Assembly: GCA_051294375.1 (NCBI GenBank)
Contig: CM119263.1
Coordinates: 62,001-126,000 of the forward strand
Direction: 5' to 3'
Length of the DNA stretch: 64,000 bases
DNA from: Paraspadella gotoi
Lineage: Eukaryota > Animalia > Chaetognatha
Shown here: one piece after another, positions 23,242-36,604 of the stretch
Layout: every line of letters begins with the position of its first letter
Numbering within the stretch: position 1 is the stretch's first letter
Program-made: the position numbers and the translations under genes
The notes under the pieces: generated by a model
The model's input: only the letters and a program-made list of their open reading frames with translations
Database searches by the model: none
What the model was told of the DNA's origin: nothing

Positions 23242-25281
23242 GAGAGAGACCAACGACCAACCAGGATCGTTTTATATTCTTCGTCAGAGAAAAAAACGTA
23301 GAATGAAAGACGTGAAGAGATAAAGAGAGATTTTCAGATTCTGTATTGATGATTTTCTGAATGGTTCGGGAAATATCTCTTATTTGAGTATTACGGGGTT
23401 TAATCCAATTACCTCGTCTTTAAAAACCCCTGACTAAAAATATGTAACAGAAATTTTAAGAGAAAAAATAACATTTGCATTTATTTCTATTTTATTTTAT
23501 ATGTTGTCAGCTCGTTTTTTTGGATTGGTAATTAAAAAGTAAAGGTTTCTTTCAGCTCATATTATTTATAATTTCGTGTATTAAAATTTTGTTTTAATTT
23601 TACGAGAAGTCCATCGGTTGTCCATTTTTTTAATTATAGTTTAGCCCCATTACGTTCTGCTAATCGAATTTATTAACACCTCATTGAAAACCGTTGAGCA
23701 TAACCGCTAGATTTCCTTTCAGCTTGATTTCTTCGTGACTTCTCCTTTAGTTTTCTCTTTAATCATGGTTTTTTAAACTTTAATCATGGATGCCCGTTAA
23801 AATCGCTAACAATCCTTCTTTAAAGTAGACATAACAAAATTAACATTTTCAATTATAATTAAAAATTACCGTTAATCCTGTGCGAGAAGAAAAAATAGAA
23901 AAATTGGNNNNNNNNNNNNNNNNNNNNNNNNNNNNNNNNNNNNNNNNNNNNNNNNNNNNNNNNNNNNNNNNNNNNNNNNNNNNNNNNNNNNNNNNNNNNN
24001 NNNNNNNNNNNNNNNNNNNNNNNNNNNNNNNNNNNNNNNNNNNNNNNNNNNNNNNNNNNNNNNNNNNNNNNNNNNNNNNNNNNNNNNNNNNNNNNNNNNN
24101 NNNNNNNNNNNNNNNNNNNNNNNNNNNNNNNNNNNNNNNNNNNNNNNNNNNNNNNNNNNNNNNNNNNNNNNNNNNNNNNNNNNNNNNNNNNNNNNNNNNN
24201 NNNNNNNNNNNNNNNNNNNNNNNTCTCTGGTTTGTGAGAAATCGACTGAGACGAATTTAAAAAATCAGTTATTCATGGCAAATATAGATGGAAATAAATT
24301 TGACAGATACTCATAAAGAAAACGTCCCACACCTTTTCACGCGATATTTTTATCGAAGTCACGAATTCAAGGTTAAGAATGGCATTTTTACCACTGCACC
24401 TGTTTCCGGAGCAACCCTTGAATCTTTTCTTGCACCTGTCTTTTCTTGTCTTTTCTTGCACCTGTTTCCGGAGCAACCCTAGAATCCTTTCTTGCACCTG
24501 TCTTTTGTTGTCTTTTCTTGCACCTGTTTCCGGAGCAGCCCTAGAATCCTTTCTTGCACCTGTCTTTTCTTGTCTTTTCTTGCACCTGTTTTCGGAGCAG
24601 CCCTAGAATCTTTTCTTGCACCTGTCTTTTCTTGTCTTTTCTTGCACCTGTTTTCGGAGCAGCCCTAGAATCTTTTCTTGCACCTGTCTTTTCTTGTCTT
24701 TTCTTGCACCTGTTTTCGGAGCAGCCCTAGAATCCTTTCTTGCACCTGTCTTTTCCTGCACCTGTTTTCGGAGCAACCCTAGAATCTTTTCTTGCACCTT
24801 CTCTCGCATCTGATGAGGAAAACCTAATTCGATGTCAAAACATTGAAGGAACTGATTAAGATTGATGATGATAGATGATGATGACAATCACGATTATTTC
24901 CTTAAAAGGGAGAAGTTAATGGAATCACTTTGACTCAGAAATCTCTTTCAAATGCAAAGCAGAACCGTTTGAAAAAGAAATAAACATAGATAAGAAATGT
25001 TAAAGTAAAATCAATATTGGAGCTGAAAAAGAAAAAGAAATCATCTGAAAATGTCATGCAGCCAATGCGAGAGCGACGGCAGTAGCGGTTGCGGTGGTTG
25101 CCGTGGCAGCGGGGGTGGCAGCGGCGGCGACGGTAGCGGCGGTAGCGGCGGCGGAGGTGTCAGCGGGAGTGACAGCGGCGACAGCGGCGGCGGAGGCGGA
25201 GCTGAAAGTCGTCACCAATGTCTGAGAATCATTTTAGATTAAAGAAATTCATCAGGTGAATGACCGATCGAATGGATAAAT

Positions 25282-25348
<67 letters not shown>

Positions 25349-25970
25349 AAGACCCCAGGATTCGTTTTATGATTCTTCGTCGAGAAAAAAACGTAGGAAT
25401 GAAAGACGTGAAGAGATAAAGAGAGATTTTAGATTCTGTATTTGATGATTTCTGAATGGTCGGAAAAATAATTCTCTATTTGAGTATTACGGGTTTAATC
25501 CAATTACCTCGTCTTTAAAAACCCTGACTAAAAATATGTAACCAAATTTTAAGAAGAAAAATAACATTTGCATTTTATTCTATTTTATTTTATTTTCAGC
25601 TCTTTTTTTGGATTGGTAATTAAAAAGTATGGTTTCTTTCAGCTCATTATTACTTTTATAATTGTGTATTACAAATTTTTTTTAATTTTACGAAAGTCAT
25701 CGGTTCCATTTTTTCATTATAGTTTACGCCATTAGTTCTGCTAATCGAATTTATTTAAATACCTCATTGAAAACGTTGAGCATAAACGCGCTAGATTTCC
25801 TTTCAGCTTGATTTCTTCGTGACTTCTCTTTAGTTTTCTCTGTTAAATCTTTTAAATTTAATCATGGATGCCGTTAAAATGCTAACATTCTTTTTTAAGT
25901 AAATAAAAATTACATTTTCAATTATAATTAAAATTACCGTTAATCCTGTGCGAGAAGAAAAAATAGAAAA
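21595..25970. other. Apparent duplication (21595-23907 vs 24226-25970) across an N gap, probable assembly artefact
   Basis: Same order of satellite, GC-rich block, (GA)n and AT-rich block. The left copy is indel-laden. Confidence 0.85.
24395..24800. repeat. Composite 62-bp satellite (36-bp plus 26-bp subunits sharing CTTGCACCTG); longer noisy version at about 21785-22645
   Basis: CTAGAAT recurs at 62-bp spacing (24541, 24603, 24665). Confidence 0.9.
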
Positions 25971-26514
25971 CTGACTGCTTGCTGATTGCTTGCTGATTGC
26001 CTTTGAGTAGGTAACAACAACGACGACGATGAAGATACGAACTACTTATCTTTCTGGGAAAATTACTCTTAAGTATTTTCTGGGCAGAACTGATGAGCCT
26101 CGAATGGATTGAATGCAGCGGTGGTCATTATGAAGACAGGATGAAAGACCAGAGTTAAGAAAGAATCAATTTTGAAAATGGGTTTCGAGACTGAAGGATA
26201 GAAGAAAAGTATTTCGGGATAAAGAGAAGGAGATTAGGTTTTACATTGTGCATGGGGAGAATACATTAGACGTGGAAGAAGGTAAAAAGATATTGTGTGC
26301 AAAAGTTAACTATGATAAAAATTTTATGAACCGTAACTAATAATAAAAGCATAAAAGGAGTGGGAGAAAATACAAATGATTACGATAAAGCAAAAGGTTT
26401 ATTTAAAATAGTGTTTGATTTTAAATGTTTGCGGTGAATTTGTGAATGATGTGTGACGATAAAGCAATCTTAAAAATTTGCTGATTAGCTATAATGTAAT
26501 GAAAAAAGATAGAG

Positions 26515-26583
<69 letters not shown>

Positions 26584-27264
26584 AAAGCCATTCTAAACCA
26601 ATGAGTCCCCAGTCTCCTCGCGGCCTGCATTAGCGAGAAGCGTAAAAAACTAATAACGAGTTAAAGAGAAAAAACCAAAAATAAAAAACGAGAAAGAAAA
26701 AAAGGAATAAAAAAATCAAAGAGCGAAACATGAGATCACGTGACTGACGGCGCACGGTCAATAGTGAATTTCACTTTAGCGATGTTTTAAGTTTTTAAGT
26801 TTTGTCTTCTTAAGCTCTAATATATAAGCGATAGGATCTAAGATTAAAGGTTGAAAGTTCGTTTTTATACCAAATGATTAATTGACAATTTTTTTTTAGT
26901 CGAGAGTCTCCGATAAGAAAGTTCTCAATAAACCTTTAAAAATTGATGAACTCCGCTCGTTAAATCGACTCCAAAATAAACACTTCCGGCGAATATAACT
27001 GTAGGGGCAAATTTCCACAGTGGGGGATAATTTTTAGACCCAAAAATTTTCATGACTGAAAAAAAAAGGTTATTGGTGGAAATTGGACATCGTTAACGGA
27101 AAGTCGTTACTCTTCCCGCAAATCAATAATCTGTCAAGAACTTGAGACCCAAAGGTTCCATGTGAAACGAAATTAAATTCGGATTGACTGAGTGTGAAAG
27201 TGAGAAAGGGCGAGGTCAGTGAGTCGCCGTGACCTCTGCTGGATCAAAAGGGGAAAAGGAGAGA

Positions 27265-27322
<58 letters not shown>

Positions 27323-27801
27323 CCCTAATTAATTCAAATTATCGATTAAGTTAAACGATTTATTTAATATAGAATATCTTAAAATTACGATTTACGGTTT
27401 CGGTCGCCCGTCAGTGTGATCGACCGCGCGCCATTTCTCCTTTCCTCTTAAACTAATTGGTATCTCCTTGCCCCGTGGCCTCCGGTTCACTATTTCACAA
27501 ATGTGAGTCACAAAGACAATCCATTTGTCTCTATTGCTGAGACCCAATATTTGCCCCGCGTTTTTTGTGCGACTGAAAAATAGTCAGTCGGTGGGAAAAA
27601 AAAGTTGAAGTGGGCAGTGAAAGTGGGATGTGGGGGTGAAAGAAGGTGATGTGGGTGTGAAGTGGGTGGGTGTGATGTGATGTGATATGGGTGGGTGTGA
27701 TGTGGGTGTGAAAGACCTGTGAGGAAATGGGCGGCAATCAAAGGAATTCATGAATCTTTGTAGCCTTTTTTTTTGAAAAAGAACTTTCAATTTCTCTCTT
27801 A

Positions 27802-27834
<33 letters not shown>

Positions 27835-27914
27835 AATTCATTTGTTACCATGACAGCAGGACCCAGCAATTCCGTGCCCCTCACATGTTTCCGTCAAAAG
27901 GCTTTTGGGGTCCG

Positions 27915-28388
27915 CCTTTTCTTTTCTTTCCTTTTTCCTCCATTTCTTCCCCTTACTTTTCTTTCTCTATATTTTTTTACTTTCTCTTTTCCATCATCTC
28001 TTTAATACTTTTTCCTTTTTGCATTTCTTCTTTCTCTTTTCAATCTTTCCTAACGTTTTCACTTCCATCTCTCACTCACTCTCTCACTTTCATCCTTTCC
28101 TCTCTTTCCTCCCTTTCCTCCTTTCCTCTCTTTCCTCTCTTTCCTCCTTTCTTTTCTTTTATCCTTTCCTCCCTTTCCACTCCTCTTCTCCCTTTCCTCT
28201 TTTTTCCTCTCTTTTCTCCCTTTCATCTTTTTCTCCCTTTACTATTTTTCCTCTCTTCCTCCCATTCCACTCCTTTCCTCCATTTCCTCTTTTCTCCCCT
28301 TTCCTCTGTTTCCTCCCCTTCCTCCTTTCCTCTCCTTTCCTCCCTTTTTTCCCTTTCCTCTCTAACCTCTCTTCCTCCCTTTTTCTCC
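27915..28388. repeat. Polypyrimidine low-complexity tract
   Basis: About 470 nt of C/T-rich degenerate TTTCCTC units. Confidence 0.85.
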
Positions 28389-28611
28389 AGACTTCTGCCA
28401 ACGATGTCCATGACGAAAATCGTCCGGTTATTTCCGATCTGAGTTTCTGGCATCAAAAGAGAAAAGAAGAAATTTCTTTTTTTTTATCTGAGATGGAAAG
28501 ACAAAGTCGAACTTTGTTACTGTTGAACTGTTTGAACTGTTAGAAACCAATTGCTGTTTGAAGATTGAACGATTTCGATCTCGATGTGAGAGTGTGTGAG
28601 AGAGAGAGATT

Positions 28612-28642
<31 letters not shown>

Positions 28643-28898
28643 CGGCACATACAATCTAATCTGGGAGAAGAACCAAGCGCCTTTCTTTGTCCATGTGAAA
28701 TGATGCGAATGATCCTCATGTACATTGGAGGTTGGCAACTTGAAGTATTGAAAGAGTTGATCTCTGCAATAGTATGCAGCACACATCGAATCACATAAGA
28801 TCATATGGAGTTGGTCAATCTTGGCAGAGAAAAGTGGAAGAGCATTTCCCAGAGGTTAGGCCATCTTTTTGCTGTCAAACCATAAATAAGGGAGAAAG

Positions 28899-28946
<48 letters not shown>

Positions 28947-29142
28947 GCGGCGCGTTGATCGAAAAGACCGATCCTCTAAGAGTCAAGACGTTGGTCAGTT
29001 GCCAATCAAGAAGCCAATCAAGAAAAGCACATGGACGCGGGCAAGCCCAGGCAAGCCCAGGCTCCCACTTTACTTCGCTCAATCTTTTTCTCTCTCCCCC
29101 CCCTTTGGCCCGCTGTTCCCCCCCTAAAAAAGGGTCAGTTAA

Positions 29143-29192
<50 letters not shown>

Positions 29193-29197
29193 AGAGA

Positions 29198-29242
<45 letters not shown>

Positions 29243-29381
29243 TCTCTCGTCGAGTCTGTTTACCAGAGGCAGAGAAGTCAAACCATTAAATGTCACTCAC
29301 TCATTTTTTTTTCTCTTTCGACTAAATCTTCACTATTCAGCGCTTTATTTTTCGATTATTATTATTATTATTATTATTATA

Positions 29382-29416
<35 letters not shown>

Positions 29417-29692
29417 ATTATTATTATTATCTAATTATTATAATATATTAATTATTTTATTATTATTATTATTAATTTTATTAATGTGATTATTATTAAT
29501 TCCGCAAGAATCACTCGACATGGTTTGACAAGAGACAACGGTAATACAATTCCCAAAAAAAATTTCGTCCTTAGCGATAAATCAAAAAACACCAATTCCA
29601 TAAAACTTTTTTTTCTCGCTGTAAGAGAAAAAGCACAGATCAAAACAATCTTTATTTTTTTCTTTATAAAGAAACTATGAGTCTCTTCTCTA

Positions 29693-30235
29693 TTGCTCCC
29701 CATTGTTCTCCCATTGTTCTCCCTCTTGTTCTCCCTCTTGTTCTCCCTTGTCTCCCATTGTTCTCCCTCTTGTTCTCCCCTTGTTCTCCCCACTTGTTCT
29801 CCCTTTGTTCTCCCCTTGTTCTCCCCTTGTTCTCCCATTGTTCTCCTCTTGTTTTCCCCTGTTTCTCCCACATTGTTCTCCCTCTGTTCTCCCCTTGTTC
29901 TCCCCTTGTTCTCCTCTTGTTCTCCCTTGTTCTCCCCTTGTTCTCCCCTTGTTCCCTCTTGTTCCCCTTGTCTCCCCATTGTTCTCCCTCTTGTTCTCCC
30001 TCTTGTTCTCCCCTTGTCTCCCCATTGTTCTCCCTCTTGTTCTCCCTTGTTCTCCCCCCATTGTTCTCCCTCTTGTTCTCCCTTGTTCTCCCCATTGTTC
30101 TCCCTCTTGTTCTCCCCTTGTTCTCCCCTGTTCTCCCCATTGTTCTCCTTCTTGTTCTCCCCTTGTTCTCCCATTGTTCTCCCTCTTGTTCTCCCTTGTT
30201 CTCCCATGTTCTCCCTCTTGTTCCCCCTTGTTCTT
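29693..30235. repeat. (TTGTTCTCCC[C/CA/TC])n minisatellite; duplicate at 38182-38698
   Basis: 10-12-bp units without stop codons, giving spurious ORFs in all six frames. Confidence 0.95.
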
Positions 30236-30293
30236 CTGTAGTCGGGCATTGGCGTAAGTTCACCCCGCCTATAAGCATAACACCTATAGTCGT

Positions 30294-30540
30294 GACCTTG
30301 GTGGCTCATTGAGTAAAGCCATCAGCTCATGACCACTGGTACCGGGTTCAATCCCAACCGCGTACCTACCCTGCGGGAAGGCATGAGTAGGGTCGTAAGC
30401 CGCCTTGGGGGGTGAAAACCCTCTTGCCTGGTTCCAAGCCCAGGACCCATTCCATGGCTGCTAGAGGGGGTTAAAGAAGTTGCGGATAGCAACTCTTCAG
30501 CCCCTTAGCGCCTTATCCACACTTCCCCTTGTCTATCACC
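30294..30540 (+). mobile_element. tRNA-derived SINE-like element with structured, twister-like body
   Basis: A-box-like TGGCTCATTGAG (30302) and B-box GGTTCAATCC (30345). A CT-CAT-GA loop is present but there are no intact cloverleaf stems. Several hairpins follow, including CCTGG-TTCCAAGC-CCAGG. Confidence 0.65.
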
Positions 30541-32573
30541 TCCTTGCATTCGCCCTTCTCCCTTTTTCGACCCGCGTCGCTCGATCGATTTGAATTATTG
30601 ACTTCGGCGCCGAAACGGATCCAGTTTTTGAATTAATTCCGCTCTGGGCGGCGGCGGCAGCATCTGCGGCGGCGGCGGCAGTGGCGCGGTGGCTGCGGCG
30701 GACAGCGGCAGCGAGACGTGGGCGCGGAAAAAAAACGTGAGGAAGAACGGGACGAGGAATCGCCAAAGGAACGAGTCGAGGGGAAGGGGAGGGGAAGCAA
30801 AGGGGGCGGGGAGGTGTAGGGGTCACAAATGAGAATTACGTCGCAAGAAGAATGGCGCCTGTCTCAACGCGGATGTACCGGATGTGAAGCGGAAAGTGGA
30901 AACGGATGTGAAAATGAAAATGAAAGTGAAACAGAAAATGTATGTGTGAAAATGTAAAAGTCCAAAGTGAGAAGGAAAATGAAATTATAAATGAGACGAA
31001 AATGTGAAAGTAAAATCTGTGAGACGAGTGAATGAGATCACATTGAGAAATGAGGAATGTGATGTGAGAAGTAGTGAAGTGAAACGACAAAAGGCGACCG
31101 AAGAAAAGGAAGGAATGGAAAAAGGCGGAGACTTGGAAGAGACGAAAGGTAAGTCAGGGTAAGAAAAGTGAGGAGAAAAAAAAAAAAAAAATATGCGTTG
31201 GTGAGTTTCGATTATTAGAAGACGACAAATGAAATACGAGTTGACCGATTTTTAAACAATGAACCTTTGGATTCGCCTTCGTCACCTATAAAGTGAAAAT
31301 AAAATGAGAAAGTCTGCTTTGGAATTGGCGATAAGAAAGAGCCACGTTGATGGGCGGGTGGCGGACTGTGAAAGAAGAGAGAAAGGCGGGATCACAAGAG
31401 CAAGACTCACCCTCACAATTGGAAATATTGCGTTTTACATGTGTTGGCAAATGAAAAAAATAGTAAAGAAAAAGAAGAAGAAAACTGAAAGGAAAGAAGA
31501 AAAAGTGATATAAATTGGCAAGAAAACTATGCAACTGCGATGATATCACAAACTTGAAAGAGTATTAGGGGAGAGGAAGAGGAAGAGGATTTGAGTATTA
31601 AGGGGAGGATGAAGAGAAAGGGGATTTTAGAATCGAAAAAAAATGTTTTTGAGAAAATGAAGGTTCTTTAGCTATGGATGGGAGAGCCTTTAGAAAGGGG
31701 GAAAGAGAGGCGGAAACATTAAGTTAAGATTACAATTTTTCGTTGTAAAATTTGTGGAAGTTTCCTATGCGCCTGTGAGGATGTTTTTAAGAGATCAATA
31801 ATATTTAATCAAATAATTCAAAAAAGAACAGTGGTGAGGGCTGAGATTTGGCTAAGATAAGTTTTAAACTTATATACCAACTTATGTACTACTTATCTTA
31901 ATTTAGGGTTAAGATCAATTAAGTAATTAGATAAAATCATAGATTAATTATGAGGAAATTAACAATCACTTTAAATTCGAAAAAAAAATTAATTAATTAT
32001 TTTGTAGGTTTTTTCAATTCATTTCAAGTTCAATTTCAATTCAATTTCATTCATTAGTTTTCATCGTCGGTATAAATAACCTTTGTTTTTCTCTCTGATA
32101 AAAGAGATAACAAGAGATTGGTCCAATTTCATTCCAACTCACGACGCACAGCGCCCATCAATGGTGTAACACGATAACTATAAAAAAGGTTACCGAAGAA
32201 AAAAATGGGTAAAAAATAATAAGAGGCTGATTCTAAGAAAAATGCATATATTTAGGTCCCTCGGAAAGGCCGTAAATGTCAAAATTATTTACTTCGGTAT
32301 ACATCCTTTCCGCCGTCCTGGTCTCTCTCTCTCTCTCTCTCTCTCTTCTCTTCTCTCTCTCTCTCTCTCTCTCTTTCCTCTCTCTCCTCTTCTCTCTCAG
32401 CCTCTCAGTTCTTTGACTCTTCGTTCATGTCCATATAAAATATGTCAGGCTAGATACTCTAACTATACCTCTCTCTGGCCGAGTGAATGGTATTAGTCCT
32501 TTTCTTTATGTGCCCGAGGCAAAAAAACTTTGGCTCTCTACCTCTGTTTTCCTCGTTCTGCTCTCTCTCTCTT

Positions 32574-32634
<61 letters not shown>

Positions 32635-35467
32635 CTGCTCCTCTCTTAAGAGGATCGGAGGTGTAGAATGACGGCGAATTAGACTTTGGCATACTCTAGT
32701 GGCAATGAGGACTCACAAACAAGTCACGTGGAGCTGCTTACATAAAAAACACGTCGTGTTCTTATCAGTATGCCACTACGAGTTATACATCCGCGGTCGT
32801 CGGTCTGTGACGAGTGTCATTCTGGTATGTCTGTCTGTGCTCTGTTCTGTGTCCGTGTTCTACTTATATTTGGTGTACCTGTATCAATGCATACTATACA
32901 AGATGTTTACAACCACTCTGGTAATACTTTCTTCCAGTTGACTATTTGGTAGATAGGTCTAACACTAAAGCAATCAATTCCTTAATAATAACTAAGATAT
33001 TTTAATAATACTTGCGACAATAGTGGTAAGGCCTCCAATGAAATGATTGTTGTGAATATGTTTTTATATTTTTGTAGTTACCATGACTCATGCAGAACTA
33101 TGGTGTCAATCGTGATCATCAACAATAACTAAGGCATATTTTGTTTACATATTTTGGTTGTTTCAGTTGAATCTTTATTAGATAAATGATATCGCTTTAC
33201 TAGTTAGCGGTGACTCACTGCATGTAAAGACATGTGATAGAGTCACTGTGCGCGCAAACACATTGGAAGACCATTCGTGTTTCTTATTCTCTTTCTCTTC
33301 TTAAATAAGAAAATTCTAGCTTCGTCGAGTCTGCTGCATTTCAAAAATAATGACAGCCAAAGCTCTGGCGAGATTGAGTTCTTTTTAACTCAAGGACCAA
33401 CAACGATCTCTGGATCGACGCACGAACGGACAGAGCGTACGAGTACTGATCTTGATCGACTCGACAGACGACGGTCTTGTTTCTTTCTTTTCTCCCAACA
33501 GTCATTCCACAAGAGCGTGAACTCATCCTAATTGCATTAGGTGGTAGAGAAGAGTTATGGTTTCACGATGCACTCGTGAGGAACAGTTCTCGCATTGGAA
33601 ATGAGATATGCTGAAATGGGTCAGCAATGGCGAAACCAGCTCACAGATGTTAACTTATATCAATTAACGAGATGAGTCGAGCCCGCTTGGGCGTTTAGAA
33701 AGACATCTAGTAGATCTAATCGGAGAAATAAAAAGATGAGTGGTCTGAACTGAAATGGAGTAAAACCCGGAGTCGAAGTTATTAGATAACAATTGAGTAC
33801 GACGGACGCGAACCTCGAAGCGTATCGAGATTAATACGGACACGAGATCCACGCGCAACTACATTGCTCGGGAAAAGACGACGGACGCACGACGACGACG
33901 ACGACGCGACCACTGGCTAACAACAGGTTATGAGAGACGGACGAAAGTCTTCGCTGACTTTTTCAAGAACCAAAGCCTTTGGTCGATATAACCCGCGACT
34001 GTGGCAGACGAACGTACGGACGGACGACGAAAACGATCGACGAATGACGACGAAAATTTCGATGCCTCAAAACCGGAACCTTTTTTTTTCCTCCTGGCGA
34101 AATGAACTGTACGTGTACTTTTGGACGTGCGGCGTGTGTGAGTAGTGAGAGTGGTACATGGCAGTGGAGCGAGGTGATTATGAGCGTGTTCAGCGTGGAC
34201 AATTGTGGCAGGCTGAGAGCAGTTGTGGTATAGTGTGCTTGAGACCAGTGTGTCGTTAGACCATGTGTGGCGGCGTGATCGCGATGAGTTGTGTCAAGAC
34301 CAGTGGTTATGGGGCGAAGGGAAGGGGGGAGGAGTGGGTGGACCTGACCACTCTGGTGGGGGTGGGCAGATAGAAGAAGCAAGAGAGAGAGAGAGAGAGG
34401 CAGAGTTTGACAGAGAGATAAGACATAAAGGGATGAAAAAACGAGGGGGGAGTAAAAGGGTGAAGTGGATTAACAAAGATTAAAAAGGAAAAAGGAAGGA
34501 AATATGAAAGGAAAACAAGAATTATTTGGGGAAAGAGGAAAAGTGTGGTGGATATGGAAAGGAAGAGAGAAAAAAGAAAAGGTGAGGAAAGGAGAATAAA
34601 AAAATAGAATAAGAAATGAAGAAAAGAAAAAGGTCATGTCATGAATACAAATTTTTACTTTCCAGCGTCAGTTTCATAAAGGAAAAAGATTCTGCAGGAT
34701 CGGAAAACTGAGATCAATAAATTATGGGGAATCCTAAATTCGGCATAACATATAGGCATACTATAGCATACTATAGTATGGTCTCATGGCTTTGACAGCT
34801 AAAGTACTAGCTTACCATCCTCCATTAAGCACGTCAGTGACGTGGATGATCACTGCAGGTCCAAGTCCTGAGCGCCAGCTGTAGAAGAGCCTCACTCTCC
34901 GGGAATCACTCACGCCCCTCCTTGTCACAAAATTCATGTTTTTCTATTTAAAAAAATGTGATGACGCAGAGGAGAGAGAGAGGAAGAGGAGAGATGAGAG
35001 AGAGAGAGAGTTCAACAGAGTTTTGACGTCAATTCACGTTTGACGTTATATTCGTGTCTGACGTCATTCCATAAAAAAATTGACAAAAAATTTCAAACCG
35101 ATCGCATTCATATGTTGTCCACGCGGTTCCATCGTAAGAAGCATATTTATCATTCTACGCTTACTTCATCGTCTGGTGATCGTAAAAGGTCGCACCGAGA
35201 ACACAAAAATTAGCATTCTTTCGTAGCGAACGTCATCTTTTCATGCAGTTCAATGGTCGACCTTTTTTTCTTAGTTGCGATAGAATCGTGGGGGGGGAGG
35301 GCGAGGCGTGTTGGGTATTGTTTTGCTCTTTTAACTCTTTTCTTCTCTATTCCAACACGATTCGATGAAACCCGAGTACTCTTTTACCGCACGTCGTTTG
35401 AATTTTTTTGATTTATAAGGAATTACGACGGACGAGAACAATACAATTACTCCAACTGCTATGTTAA

Positions 35468-35940
35468 AAAACAAGTTTGAAAGCAACAATGCCGGATCTG
35501 CCCAAGATCATTAGCGGTAAGCAGCTAATCAGATAATTAATTAATTAATTAATTTAGTTAATTAATATTATTTTTTTTATTGTGTCAAAATCGTTTTCCA
35601 CTTTGTCTCGGCTCTCATCACAAACAACAATCTCGATTACAAATTAAATAATTAATTAATTAATTAATTAATTAATTATTAATAATTAACTAATTACTTG
35701 TTTTTAATAATTTAATTAATGCAGCTTGAATTTACATTTAATATAAAAATAAAAAATCATAATCGATAGTGAAATAGATTGTTTGTTTTTTCCATTTTAA
35801 CTCATTTCCACTTGGACGATTCCATCGAAACTTGATTTCAGCTCATCACACACTTTCCTACCCACACAAAAATTTCATTCCTATCATCCTATCCATCCAT
35901 CAAATCACGAGTAATTGGGTTTTTTTTGCTAAGATGGGCG

Positions 35941-35985
<45 letters not shown>

Positions 35986-35991
35986 GACATA

Positions 35992-36023
<32 letters not shown>

Positions 36024-36160
36024 GACGGACGGACATCATTTTTTCATAATTTATCATAATTCGATGTTCTGCATAATAGTAAGTGAATTCCGTCAAGTTG
36101 GGGGGGGGCGGACGACGGACCGACAAAGCGAATTAAAGAGCCGGATCTGCTGTAATTCAA
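35468..36160 (+). mobile_element. Non-autonomous DINE-1/HINE (Helentron)-like element; duplicate at about 43843-44540
   Basis: Begins AAAACAAG, has internal (TAAT)n, an AAATTTCA...TCAAATCACGAGTAAT block followed by (GACA)n/(GACG)n, and GCCGGATCTGC repeated near both ends (about 35491 and 36140). Assignment rests on architecture only. Confidence 0.45.
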
Positions 36161-36604
36161 GGATTTGAAATTCGTAATTACATGTACAAAGGCAGGAAAT
36201 CTTTCCATAACTCCACCCTTTTGAAATTTGAAAGGTTATTATCATTACTCATAACAATATTCTCATGTCTATTTCTCTCATTTCCTTGTCCTATTAAAAG
36301 TAAAACTAAACACTATCAGATGATTATCATTAATTAATCAATGTCAGAATCAAGCTGAATGAATGAAAGAATTCGCGAGACTAAAATAATGTCCATGTTT
36401 TTCTCCTTTGGAATTTGATTTATCTCGTTTCGTCCAGTGTTTCTTTTGTTTCTTTGTTTTCGTTGTTATTAGTTCTTTTACTTTATTTTTAGTCGACATT
36501 ATTTTGTAATTTCTACGTGATAGAATTCAAGCTCGTTTCAGGTAATGAACTTCTTCTTCTCTGTTCTCTCTCTCTCTCTCTCTCTCTCGCTCTCTTCTCT
36601 CTCT

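Noticed and set aside
24395-24800. 36-bp repeats with intervening 26-bp segments resembling a CRISPR array
   Set aside because: The would-be spacers are near-identical and related to the repeat, there are no cas genes, and the context is eukaryotic.
25051-25242. Gly/Ser-rich (+) or Pro/Ala-rich (-) ORF; similar blocks at 30645-30725 and 62800-62925
   Set aside because: Degenerate (GGC)n repeat with no convincing splice-site pair or homology.
28640-28885. Non-repetitive island between (GA)n tracts with short ORFs on both strands
   Set aside because: No recognisable domain and no consistent splice-site pair.
29452-30312. Six-frame overlapping ORFs (GEQGENKGRTR / CSPLVLPLFS)
   Set aside because: Produced by the TTGTTCTCCC minisatellite; there is no unique coding content.
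30294-30362. Functional tRNA-Met (CAT in a CT-CAT-GA loop)
   Set aside because: Anticodon and acceptor stems do not pair, so it is treated as a SINE head.
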